A stretch of 64,000 bases of DNA from Azolla caroliniana (taxonomy: Eukaryota > Plantae > Polypodiophyta), in NCBI GenBank assembly GCA_043228905.1, contig JBHGNT010000016.1, positions 11,966,001 through 12,030,000 on the forward strand, read 5' to 3'. Positions within the stretch are counted from its first letter, which is position 1. Each line of letters opens with the position of its first letter. The notes under the pieces were generated by a model. It was not told the DNA's origin, did not search any database, and saw only the letters and a list, made by a program, of their open reading frames with translations. Both the position numbers and the translations under genes were made by a program. Positions 25,975-39,108 of the stretch are shown in pieces.

Positions 25975-26186
25975 AGAAAGACTGAAGATCATATTTTTGT
26001 TGATCTTTTTGTTGTTTTCTAAATGTTTGGAACAAATTTCTATTTGGTCTAATGTAATTTCATCCTGAAATAATGGAATTTCTTTGATCTGGATTTTGAC
26101 CTCTAAAAAAAACGTTGTCGTAGTGTAGGTTGCACACTATGTGGAAATTATATTTTTGTCCCTCCGGATAGAGAATGGAGTGCTCG

Positions 26187-26275
26187 GTGAGAACCGGAAG
26201 AAAACGGCATACCGGCAAGGAGGAAAACGGCATACCGGCAAGGAAGAAAACGGCATACCGGCAAGGAAGAGCCGG
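26187..26275. repeat. 22-bp tandem repeat inside the pogo element
   Basis: GAAAACGGCATACCGGCAAGGA occurs about three times. Confidence 0.85.
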
Positions 26276-27014
26276 ATAAAGAGACATAAATGTAAAAGAA
26301 AGGAAATACTCACTACTGCGCAAGGCATGATTCAAACTCTGCACCTCCACGTTGACAAACCCCAACCTTACCATTACATTAACTTATCTTAAGTGTTTTA
26401 AATATAGATTTAATACGTATAAGACCTTTATTTATGCATACCTTTATTAAAAGGTAAATCGTGTATTTTTTTAATATATGAAAAAGAAAATTAAACACGA
26501 GACACTAAAAATAACTCATGCACATCTAGCGTGCATGAGCCCTATACTTAGGAAATAAAAAAGCATCACATGCACATTTAGTGGACATGAACACTTTTTG
26601 TAAAAAAAAAAGCATGAAGCCATGCTTAGCTCTTCCTTCCTTATATAAGGAGGAGAGAAATATATAAAGGGTTGTTGATTATTTGGATTAAGTATTAATG
26701 AATACAAAAATTATTCGTGGGATTCACGATTTATACATCTACTTCTCTCTTAACACCCTAAGTACCAATTAATATAGTATACTCGTGTGATTCACGAGTT
26801 TCTTATCTTTCTCTTTGCTATTTATTCATAATTAATCTCTATCTCACGAAGTTCTTTCTCCTAGTCCAAGACCTCTGTGGTTCCCACCCGACTCACGCAA
26901 CGATCCGGAGCCGAAAGGCACGACAACGTACTTAATAGAATGGTTTACTTAAGTGGACACGCACTTTACCGAATGTCTACTGTATATATATATATATGGT
27001 TGATTCTAATATAT

Positions 27015-30000
27015 TGTGAAATGCTCTCAAGAATAGCCTTCCATTCATTATGTCTCAAGTTACATTTTATAGACTCTCTCTTAGCGTGGAGGGTGTTCTC
27101 CCGCTCCAATTAGCTCTACTAATTATGGGGCTTGGTGGGGGCCTAGTTTGGGTGTGGTGCATGAGGCTTGGTAGGGGCCTAATTTGGGTGTGGTCTATGT
27201 GTGGTGCATGGGGCTTGGTAGGGGCCTAATCTAGGTGTGGTCCATGTGACCACCACAATTCCCCCTTGTAAAAAAAAGTTACTGTGCAGTCGAAGCGCGA
27301 CGAGGCGTGGACGACGGTTCCAGACGGGGGGATGACACGGGCGTGGGCGCAGGCATGAGTGTGGGCGGGGGCGGTGGTAGTTGATGGAAGGGCTTCATGC
27401 AAGACTGGTGAGCAAAGGTAGAGCGGTTGTTGGAGGCGCGGCGGAGCAGGTATGTAGTGTCGCGTATCTGCTTTTGAACTTCGAAGGGACCGATCCATCG
27501 GTGCATGAGCGATTCGCTGAGACCACGACGACGGATGGGGAAGTAGACGAGGACTTTGTCACCGACGTGGTATTGATGGTCGACACGGCCTATATCGTGT
27601 TGTCGTTTTTGGCGTAGTTGTGCTTGGTGCAGGTTGCTCGTGATGGCTTTGCGGAGGAGGGGCTGGAGTTGTTGTAGGTGGGACCACCAAGACACTGCGT
27701 CAGCGTAGAGTCGTGTGGTTGGTTGCGGGACTGCCACTTCTGGGGGTAAGCGCGGGTCCCTTCCGTAAAGGGCCCGAAATGGGCTAATGCGGGTAGAGGC
27801 TTGCACAGTTGTGTTGTAGGCATGCGTAACGAAGGGCAAGATTCGGTCCCAGGTTGAGTGCAGCGGATCGATGTAGGCTGAGATTTGTTGTTTTAAGGTT
27901 CGATTGAGGCGCTCCGTCAACCCATTCGTTTGCGGATGGTAGGGTGACGTGAATAACTGTTGGATTCCTAGTTGTGTTGAAACGAGGCGTAGGAGCTCAC
28001 CGTTGAACTGGGGTCCTCGATCGGACAAGATTTGGAGTGGGCAACCGTGGGGGAAGATGATTTTCTCCAATAGTTTGGAGGCGATGGTCATAGCCTTTGC
28101 ATCTAGGATAGTGGCCGTCTCAGCCCAACGCGTCAAGTACTCGGTGATGACGAGGATGAATTTGTTCCCTCCTTGTGACTCGGGAAAGGGGCCCATAATG
28201 TCCCATCCGACGATTTCAAATGGAGCTTGAACTTGTATCGGATGTAAGAGGCCTTGAGCCACTTGAGGTGATTTGATGGCCTGACATAAGTTGCATGCTT
28301 TGATGTAGGAGGCGACCTCGTGGCGTAGCCCAGGCCAATAGAATTTGCGACGAATTTTGTCGAGTACCTTATGAAAACCCAAGTGCCCGGACAACGGGTG
28401 ATCGTGGAAGAAACGAAGGTAAGACTGGCGTAGTTGCTCAGGCACGTAGACTCGGGGTTCTTTGCCTACTTGACAAAAAAGTAGGACATTATCCTAGATC
28501 ATGAATTGCTTGGTGAGGGATGATGTCGGTTCAGCTCGTAGGCGGTGGCAGATATCTTGGATTTGTTTGTCGTGTTGTTGCATGTTGGCCATTTGGGACG
28601 AGGATATGGGGAAATCGATTGTGTTGGAGGTGATCTGGTTCGCCTGAAAGGATATGCGGGATAATCCATCGGCGACGATGTTTTGTGGACCATGGCGATA
28701 GCGCAGAGTGAATGTGTAATCCTGTAGCGCCAAAACCCAACGAAGTAAGCGGCCGGGTGGATGAGCCTTCTTTATGAGGGAGAGCAATTGCTGATGGTCG
28801 GTTTCGACTGATGTATTTGATCCGTGAAGGTATGGGTGGAAACGATGGAATGCCCAGACGATGGCGAGGAACTCTTTTTCAGTTGTCGAGTAATTTTGTT
28901 CGGCTTTGGTAAGTGACCGACTAATGTAGGCAATCGGGCGGAGTTGGTCGTTGTCGTCGGATTGGAGCAGGACCGCACCAAGGCCGACATTGGAGGCATC
29001 CGTCTGCAGATGGAAAGGCTTCGTGAAATCAGGGTGGGCCAGGAGGTCAGAGGCTTGGAGTATTCTCTTGAGCTATAGGAAGCTGGATTCGCAGGCTTCG
29101 GTCCACAGGAAGGGTGCGTCTTTTTGTAGGAGCGCGCGTAGTGGGGCTGACAGGTCGGCTAGCCGTGGGATGAAACGAAGAGAGAACGTGAGGAGGCCGA
29201 GGAAGCGTTGAAGCTGCTTGACTGTGGTGGGGCGTGGGAATTTTTGGACTGCTTCTGTCTTCTCCGGGTCCATTTGTATTCCGTCGGAGGAGATGACGTA
29301 CCCAAGGAAGCGGAGGCACGTACTACCCCATCGGCACTTCTTCCATTGCAGCTGCAATCGATAGCGTTGAACACAAGTTAGGACCTCCCAAAGGACTTGA
29401 AGGTGTTCTGCCCAAGTGCTTGTATGTACCAGAATATCGTCTAGATAGACGATGACAACACAGCGGGTGATGAGATCATTGAAGATGGCATTAGCCATTC
29501 GCTGGAATGTGCTCCCCGCATCAGATAGGCCAAAGGGCATCCGTGTGAACTGAAAAATGCCTTTCCTAGTGCGGAATGCAGTTTTGTGGGCATCGTGAGG
29601 ATTCATCGGGATCTGCCAATATCCCGAGGCTAGATCGAGGGAGGTGAAGTACTTTGATTTGCCAAGCTGGTCGAGGAGGTCATCGATACGAGGGAGAGGG
29701 TATCGGTCATGGGTGGTGACATGGTTCAGTTGTCGGAAGTTGACACAAAAGTGGTAAGAACCATCCCCTTTCTTTACCCTGTGTCGCTCCGAGATCCACT
29801 CGCTCTTGGAAGGTGTGATAATCCCTTGTTGGAGCATAGTTTTGACGGCGTTGTCGATGCGCTCGTGGTCGAGATGCGAGCGATGTCGGGGAGCTGCATT
29901 GATGGGGCGGGCGTTGCCTATAGGAATCGTGTGGTGAATCGGAAAACGGACCGAGGGAGGTTTTACAGGTGGTGTAGACAACGAGGGAAAGGTGGCGAGG

Positions 30001-31833
30001 AGCCATCTGATGTCATTGATGCGCTCCGCCGGTGATATCAGGTACTGTGTGTTGCTGATGTGGGTGGTATCCCGCGGAGTAGTGAAGAGCGCGATCGGAA
30101 TGTGATTTGGGAGGATGAGCTGTTGTGCGGAGAAATCGAGACAGGCTCGACTATGGAGGAACCAATCACATCCCAAGGTGATTGGGAACAACTGGCGCGG
30201 GAGGACGTAGAAACGATGGTGGATCTGGGCGGAACTAATGGTGAGCATGCACCTGACTTGCGTATGTGAGTGGTACACCCGTTGTTGATCGCCGAAGAGG
30301 ATTTTAATGGGCGGTGCGTGGCTCGTGGGAAGTTATAATTGGGTGACTAAATCTGCGCTAATGGAAGAGATGTTGCTGCCGGAGTCGAGGAGAACTTCTT
30401 GGGTTGTGTGATGGAGGCGGGCGATTGTGGTACAAACGGGCGAAGTTGATGAAGTGGAGGCGTGGATGTGTGGGGGCGGCTCGATCATGGGAGAAACGGG
30501 AGAAGTTGAGGACGTGGAGACGTGGACGTGCGGGGGCGGCTCTCCCTGCGGCACCCCGCGCATTAGTTTTCCGGGAGCTCAGAGAGGGAGGCAGCGTCAG
30601 CTAATTGGACGTTCTGCTTCTGTTGGTGATTCTGCCACTTTCGGCAGTGACGCCGAATGTGGCCATAGTTGTTGCAGTAGAAACATTTGGGGCGTCCCTG
30701 GCTGTCTCGTTCGGGCAATGCACGCTTGGCATGTAATTGCGCGTTCTGGATGTCGATGTCCATGGGAGTGACGGCTGGTATAGTGTTTGTATGATCATGA
30801 CTGAGATTACCTGGTGTGTGCATGTCGTGCGCGTCTGCAGCTTCGATGCATTGGGCAGTGAGGATGGCTTCGTGTAGTGTCGTCGGGCCTTGATCGCGTA
30901 CACGGCGGCGGAGGTCATGTCGTATACGCGGCCAGAAAAAAAAACAACTTCATGTCCTCCGACATGTTGGCGTCGGCCCGGCGTAGGATTTGCACAAAAC
31001 GAACCGCGAACTGGGTGATGGGTTCGCGTGGTTGTTGGGTAATTGACTCAAGTTGTTGTAGGGCCGTCTGGCGGGAGTCTTGATGAGCAAAATTCCGAAT
31101 CATGGCTGCCCGTAACAGATCCCAGTCGTTGCGTGTCTCTTCGGGTTGTTGTACAAGCCATGTTGTCGCGATATTCTCGAGGAGTGTCTTCATCTCCATT
31201 GCCTTCCGAGGGTGTGGCCACTGGTGGTAACTGGCCACCATTTCGAAATGATCCAGCCAAGAGAGGACGTCTTCCGATGGTAGGCCAGAGAACGGTTTTG
31301 GGCGAACTCGAGAGTCCGGGAGATTTTGTTGTGGCTCGGATCGTGCTGAAAGAAAGGACAATATGGCTTGGTTAGTATGGTTAACTTGTAAAATGATGTT
31401 GGACAGAGCTTGAACCAGTTGGTCGATTGGCGATGTGGGCTGGTGTCCTTGATTGTGTTGTAGGAATTCCGGATTCAACGAGTTTGCGTTGCCGTCGTTG
31501 TTGTCGTGTTGCATCGTGGTGGGCGTTGTTGGGGTCGTGAGTTGGGGTGGCTTGGCCCGTCTTCTCCACCAAGATGTGAAATGCTCAAGATGTGAAATGC
31601 TCTCAAGAATAGCCTTCCATTCATTATGTCTCAAGTTACATTTTATAGACTCTCTCTTAGCGTGGTGGGTGTTCTCCCGCTCCAATTAGCTCTACTAATT
31701 ATGGGGCTTGGTGGGGGCCTAGTTTGGGTGTGGTGCATGAGGCTTGGTAGGGGCCTAATTTGGGTGTGGTCTATGTGTGGTGCATGGGGCTTGGTAGGGG
31801 CCTAATCTAGGTGTGGTCCATGTGACCACCACA
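27015..31833 (-). mobile_element. Ty3/gypsy element copy B, structurally complete, TSD ATAT
   Basis: 243-bp LTRs at 31591-31833 and 27015-27257 (one mismatch seen), PBS-Ala, PPT AAGGGGGAAT; gag 31514-30563 (frameshift in a T-run at ~30935), pol 30563-27279 with stops at 30333, 29073 and 28494. Confidence 0.95.
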
Positions 31834-32135
31834 ATATATATATATGGCTGATTATACATACATACATATATATATACATTCATACATACATATGTGTATG
31901 TATGTATGCATGTATTTATATATGTAGTATGCAATGTATTTCTGTATGTGTATGTAAATATTTACACATGGTATTATATATTTGTACATATATTTACGTT
32001 TAGTCAAGTATGCATGTATAAATCGGTGTAATGTATGTATATACATATTCATGGATGTAATGTTTGAATGTAGATACATATGCATGCATGCATGTATATG
32101 TATGTATGTATGTATGAAAGAGTATATGTATATAT
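31834..32135. repeat. (TA/CA/TG) low-complexity tract, continuing 21897-23253
   Basis: Same composition; the pogo element and Ty3 copy B interrupt it. Confidence 0.8.
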
Positions 32136-32739
32136 GCTACTCCAAATATGAGTATTGTTTGCATAATACTTGTTTACTATCTCATTAAAATATCAAATAT
32201 TTCATGGGCTTATGTAATTTTTTTTCTAGCATAATTGATGATACCCTTATCTAAATATATATTTCAAATATTTATTAATACCCTTATATATATATACATT
32301 TTGTACCTGAATGGCTCATTTAAACCCCTTTTGATGAACTCAAGTGCTTTCGTACAAGTTTCAACAGTGAAGCCCTCGGGCATCTCTCTCTCTCTCTCTC
32401 TCTCTTGCCCTCACTATCTTTCTCTCTTCCTCTCTCGTGAGTCTTACGCAGTCAGTACTCTTAGTACTAATAGTACTTCCCTTCTCTAGTACTGATTCTC
32501 TCTCTGTTTTAGTACTATTCTTGACAATATTTATACCTCTTCCTACGCCCCTTGAATAGATTTGCCTTTCCAAAAGACTGTCCATTCATTGGTTGTCAAG
32601 ATCATAATAGTGCATGCACCTACCATTCCCTCTATCCAATCACATTAGTCCCTTTCTAACATTAGTGGACATACCCTTCACTTATGTAAATATTAGTGAT
32701 GTACCCTTCCCTACGTTATGTGTACAGAACAACCTCCCC

Positions 32740-33840
32740 AAATAATAATCCCTAATTATGTGTGTAAACTCAACAAACTCCTATATGGTATGCCAAGACT
32801 CATAGGTTCCTCCTATCAACCAAATTTTGACAACTTCAATCAAAACCTAATCTACATATATATGAGGAAAACAAAGTCGGACATTTAGCTCTCACAAGTC
32901 TATGTGGATGATCTATCTATTGCTTGGACATCAAAAGAAAGGGTGGTGAAGTTTATTTCAGAGTTACAACAACAATTCCCTATCAAGAATTTGGGGCCAT
33001 TAAAACATTTTCATGATATTCATGTAAAAGGGAATCAAATTGTAGGTATAGTCTCCCTATCGAACAAAAATTTATTCATAATATAGTAACCAAGTTTGAT
33101 ATCCTTGAGTGTTTTCCCATCTCCATTCCCTTTACAATACCATGCAAATTATCATCCCAAATTTCACCGCATACAATTAAAGAATATCTCGTATTGACAA
33201 ATGTTGGGGAGCGGTGAATACCTCATCAACTACACTCAGCTTGACTTATCATTTGCCATTGGATATCTATCCAGATTTATGGAGAATCCTCAAGGTAAAA
33301 GAGTATTAAGATATCTGAAGCACACAAGGGATGCCACTCACACATCATTTTCTAAAGCTCAAAAGACAAATATATCCAAGCTTGGCTATCGACACCACTA
33401 CATGGCTGGATAGATGCAGATTGAGGGAGGGGGGGGGGGGGGGGGGGGGGGGGGGACAAGCATACCTCGTGATCTACATCTAACTATGTATTTCTATTTG
33501 TAGGTGGTGCCATTTCATGGCTAACAAAGAAACAAGCTATGGTAGCGCTCTCCCCCATCGAACAAGAATACACACTACTAGTTAACCTCACTACCATGGT
33601 TGACGTCCATCATTGATGAACTAACCATCCTCAAAATCTCCAAATTCAAGTTTTCGTGAGATAACCAATCCTACATCAAAATTATCAAGGACCCCAAGAT
33701 CACAAAGAAACAAGCATATCCGAACACACCATCACTTTCTCTTAGAACTTGTTGAAGAATATAAACTTACTATCGAACGTGCTTCAATTGAAGTAATGTG
33801 GGCTCTCACCAAGACTGTACCCAATGCAAAACATTAGAAA
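32740..33840 (+). pseudogene. Highly degraded Ty1/copia RT-RNase H
   Basis: VCKLNKLLYG, YVDDLSIA, LGPLKHF, DLSFAIGYLSRFMENP, GGAISWLTKKQ; many frameshifts. Confidence 0.8.
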
Positions 33841-35354
33841 CGTGTGATGCTCACCATGTGATGGCGAGGCTGGAATTGCATCAATGAATCTAGCAACCAA
33901 ATTGCATCAATAAATCTAGCTGTCTACAACTTGTTCTATGCGCGTTGATCAACTTTTCTAAATGTTTTTGCATGTGCCTTTCTTGGCCATACTCAGAATT
34001 AGAGCATGCATAAAGCATCAATCATGCATTCTTTGATTTTGCACAGTCTCAAGATTAGAGCAGCTTTCAACAATGTTGCATTTGCCGAGGCCCAGACCAT
34101 AAAGAATGAATGCTTTGTCACTTGATTACATTAGGGTGTAATGAAACGGAAAATATATTCGATACGTTACGAAAGCCAATTACAAACAGGTGGAAGCATG
34201 AAAACATAAGGATGTCTGAGAATATCTTTGCTTTAGACTGTTCGAGATGTAACATCTCTGTACATGAAAATTGTGTGCTTATGTCCGATCCAAGCTTACA
34301 TAGTTCATGACTACAAATTTGCAACGGATTTTTCTGCTCATGTGCAAAATTCTTCATTGGGAAGAAGATGAATGTATGCATCATGCACAAATCCCTTCTA
34401 GCAAGAGGAATTTGGTCATGTCTTATGCACAAAATGGCTTGCATTAAAATGCTGCAAAGCCTATGTCTGGCACAAGAACATTGGGAAAAAGAGCATCTTC
34501 TTATGAAGCATCAAGCATATGTGGAAAGGTTTTGAAAACTTTCATTAAAGTTATAGTTGGATGCCACAAAGGGTGGGGTCTCTTGTATTCATTATTCATT
34601 TCTTCATTCAACAACTGAGAGAAGAGAAAACATTACAGAAAAATCATCTTAAGAGGATTATTATAGTGTGTGGAGGTTCGAGAGAAAGCGATTAATAACT
34701 ACCATGTTGTGGATTAATTTTGCACACTTGTAGAAAAGCAAAGAGAGACGCAAAGAATTCCATAGATAATATACTTTCCACAGAGAAATACCATGAACAA
34801 CAGAGATTATATTAGAAAATGAATGACACATACATATACATATTGGTCACATGGTTGGCAAAGCACATGCACCCATGTCTTTCCTTTTCAACACCAGGAC
34901 TTTACTTACTTTCTTCTAAGGTTCTCCACATTGTATTGTTTAGTCACATGAGTCACGGTTGGTTCGACGAGACCAAGAAAATGTTTGTTCCTTTTTCGAG
35001 TTTCCCCAAATATGGGTGGGCTACCTAGCTAGCTAGTTTGAATAAATAAATAGATTATTGAACTTCTATGTGAAGAATGACATATGGCCTTGGTTTCTCT
35101 CTTCACAGGACATCTACATAGATGTATGTGCACACACCATCTATACATATATATATATATATATATGCCCACACAAATGTCTTTGAACCCCGTGACCTAC
35201 TATCTGTCGAATGTACGATTTCACGGGTCACTTATGATGATAGACATTTTACTTACATATATAGAATTAGGAAAGGAGTAAATGAAGCCTTAACTATCTA
35301 TTTGTACTTTGAAAAAAAATACAGCCAAAGTTAGTTTAAGTTACCTATCAATCT

Positions 35355-38300
35355 ATGGCTTGTGCCCTTCATCAATTCTTATCATTGGTACTAGTATTGC
35401 TACTCATTGCATCATCATTTCCTGGTATGCTTGACACCACCATTATTAATGCTCAAGAATCGGCGGCAGCGGCAACCTCACTTCGTAATGACATGAAAGC
35501 AAGGACCCCGGATCACAAGCTTGTTTCCATAGCTCTAAAAGCGGCGGCCAGGGTCGTCCACGAGTCTAAAGTCCTGGCCAACGCGTGCCTAAGACGGAGC
35601 CCCGAAGAAAGCCTCCATGTCCTGGAGATCCAAGCCATCGAGGATTGCTCGACTCTCATGGACAATGCACACGATCAACTCGACCGAGCCATCACACGGA
35701 TCATCGATGTCCTCTCGGATCTGAGTTCTGGTGATCTTGTCCTAAGCCGATCTCCGGGGGCATTGTATGAGAGCCTAGTGGTGTGGTTGAGTGCTGCTTT
35801 GAGCTTCCAAACCACATGCTCAGATGGGTTTCACTTTGTGAGGTCTGGGAAGTGTGAAGCCACTATCTTGAGAGCACAGGAGAGGGTTTCCGAGGTTCTG
35901 GTGAATAGTCTGGATGTAGTGAAGAAGATGGCCATGAATTCTCGTGAGGAGGAGGTACAGGAGGAGATGGTGATGGTAGGCCATGGAAGAGGAGGAGGAG
36001 GAGGAGGAGGAGGAGGTCATGGTATTATGAGGCACAGAGGAAATGGCACCAAGAGAAAGGTGCCCAATATCACCATATACCCAAACTTATCCATCTTCTA
36101 AACTTAATATGTTCTCACTAAATTTGGTGAATCTTTTTATTTTTATTTTCATTGACTAAATAAAGTTAGTGGATCTTTGTTATTTTATTTTAATCTAAAG
36201 CCTGCCCATCACCCCGCTTGCAACGACCAAAGTTTCCCCGGACACTCAAACATCCATGCTCGAGTCAACTCCCCGGACATGATCCCCTGCCTACACCAAA
36301 CTCCAGTTGTCGGGCCAGGAGCCTCCCCGGATGTGATTGTTGCACAAGATGGAAGTGGGCATTACAGGAACATCACTGACGCGCTTAAGAGCATCATCAA
36401 CAATGGCTCTATAGTGGGCCGATCGGGCCGCTTGGTCGTGTACATAAAGCGAGGTGTTTACAATGAGAGCTTCGAGGTGCCCAAAACACTCCCCAATTTG
36501 ACCTTCCTCGGGGATGGCATCAATGTCACCATCATCACAGGCAACAAGAATGTTGGAAGTGGTCTTTTCAACACCCTTAGAACTTCTACTGTTGGTAACA
36601 TAACTTACTTTTACAATCACTATTGTTAAAAGTTAAAACTAATTCCAATGTCATTAACCATACTAGACTTTTTTCCATAACAACATACGATGGACTAATT
36701 ACAACATACAATGTCCTCATTTTTTTTAAAATTATTCTAGAGAAAATAAATTTATTAGAGCTCATCAATTATGAAAACATAAGTGAGGGAATGTTTACAT
36801 ATATTTTTTCAAATTTGAACCATCAATATACTAAAAGATAGAGGGTTATGAATCTGAGTTAGTAGCTTTGAAAAAATGAAGAGGCCTACAATGTAAAAAT
36901 GGTTGTTACGCATACTTGATAGTCTTGTTAATGTAGTAGGACAAATTCATATCATTGCCTCCTTTTCATAGAGCTTACAAATTAATCGGGTGCTTTCTTT
37001 ACCAATCTTCTATCCTTATCCAATTCACATGCGTTCGTTATTCTTTAGACCTAGTAGGCTTGTGACTTATAGTAGTTTGCAAGACTGAGAACCGGCTTTA
37101 GCAAATGACACCATAATAGGACATTAGAGTGATGGAGGAAGAGAGATTATGTTTCTTCTCATCCTTGCAACAAAATAAAAAAAAGTAAGAATTGATAGAA
37201 CTAAAGGCATTGACGAGGGATGCATGTATCATGGAAGAATTCAAACGTGTTATGGCCCTCTAGGAAAACAACTAGAAACAACACTCAATCACATGATTCA
37301 CACATTTTTTGCTTCAAAGACATAGGTAAGATATTTGTGGTCTCAATAAGTTGAAAGAAACATCAACACTGTGAGGTGAGGTGTTGACACATCCACTTTC
37401 GATACCAAAATTACAAGAAAGTTGTCGAGCATTCCTTACACTAAATAGAAGAATTGATGAGTTCTCTCAAGGTAATTTATAAGCTTATAACATGGCTATG
37501 TGTTTATTTCCACGACTATTGGACTTCTATAGTTGTTTCTATTTTCATGGTCATCCAACTTCGGCACCCATTTGACTTCTATGTTGTGATAGAATATCAT
37601 TCGTTAGCAACATTAACATTGTTGGCCAACTTGGAACTCTTGTATTTTTTACCTTATATTGATATTCCATACCATGCCCATCATTATTTGTAGCTTTTTA
37701 ACTTGTCTTTTCTATAACCAATAAAACAAGACTTTTATTAGTTTGCAAAGAACAATTTCCAATAAGAACAAACTTTTTGCTTCTTCACGGTACGTCATTA
37801 ATAATTATCAATTATCATCTTAGTTATTATTTTCATCTTTTTTCTTTTCTTTTGTTAGACTACATTGTAAACATTCTTAGTAGTTTACATATGGCAACTT
37901 GTCCCAAGCAATGAACTATTGTTTCTTGAACATGCTTATATTTGTGGAAACATTATGTTGATGTCCACTAATAAAATGCAATGCACATTGGTATAAGTGT
38001 AGGAATAGTAGCAGAAGGATTTATGGCAAGGGACATAACATTTCAAAACACAGCAGGGCCACTAGGTTACCAAGCAGTGGCCCTAAGAGTGGAAGGAGAT
38101 ATGGCTGTCTTCTATAGGTATGGTTTTAGGAAATAATAAATTGCAATTATTTTCAACTTGAATACAATTAAGCCATAACTAAGGAAATATTGCACGTCAC
38201 AATTGTCCTAATTATGTGTACGTATAATCGAGTACTTAGATTTAGTCTCTTGCCTTGTAATCTATGAGTCAAGAGGTTGAAACCTAACCTCACTCATCTA

Positions 38301-39108
38301 GTCCCCAAAATAGTTTTCTCCCCCACCCATGTAATACAATGTCATAATGTATGCATCAATACATATAGACATGTACACGTAATTATACATGCAACTTCTT
38401 CAACCATAACCTTATTATATAGTTTGAAATTTGAATATGGTAGGTGTCTAAATCCCTCAACTTTGATATTATGTCTCCCCTAAAATTACACTAACATAGG
38501 GTTATTACAGGTGTAGTTTTGAAGGTTATCAAGACACCTTGTATGCGTTAGCTGGAAGGCAATTTTATAGGGACTGCAAGATCTATGGAACTGTTGACTT
38601 CATCTTCGGAAATGCAATAGCAAGTTTTCAATCATGTCAATTACTTGCAAGAAAGCCATTGCAAGGGCAAGAAAACACATTGACAGCACAAGGTAGACGT
38701 GTAGTTGAGGACATCTCGGGTTTCTCATTTCAAAATTGTACATTGGTGGCGAGTAACGATCTGATGTTAGCACCTTTCCATGTACGAACTTATCTAGGTC
38801 GTCCATGGAAACCTTACTCTCGTACTATATTTCTTCAATCTTTCCTTGATAACCTCATTGACCCTAGTGGATGGCTACCGTGGAATTCCTCCAACCCATA
38901 CAATGACACAGTCTATTATGCGGAATTTCAAAATCGTGGCCCTGGTTCACCCATTTCAAATCGTGTGTCTTGGCTTGGTGTCCATCCTTCCTTGAACTCA
39001 TCAGAAGCCTTGCAATTCACAGCTGATAACTTCATATTAGGTTCAACTTGGCTTCCCCTTACACAAATAAGCTACACCTCTGGCCTAAGTAGTGATCCCC
39101 AACATTAA
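35355..39108 (+). CDS. PME: Pectin methylesterase with N-terminal signal and PMEI pro-domain, ~603 aa; exons 35355-36059, 36201-36594, 38003-38117, 38511-39108
   Basis: GT-AG introns join in frame (1812 nt); PMEI motifs AIEDC and [16 protein letters not shown]; catalytic VAQDGSG, GVYNE, QAVAL, YQDTL, DFIFG, LGRPW. Confidence 0.95.

Larger units (their letters stand above)
23254..26982 (+). mobile_element. Complete pogo/Tigger-type DNA transposon (3729 bp)
   Basis: 22-bp TIRs CAGTAGACATTC(A/G)GT(T/A)AAGTGC with 2 mismatches, flanked by TA on both sides. Confidence 0.93.

Noticed and set aside
11487-31833. Inversion or composite transposon bounded by the inverted Ty3 copies A and B
   Set aside because: Each copy's two flanks appear continuous with each other (LTR sequence for A, microsatellite for B), which indicates independent insertions.
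33424-33455. Poly-G run as a functional G-quadruplex
   Set aside because: It is a homopolymer expansion in a dead copia, with no evidence of function.
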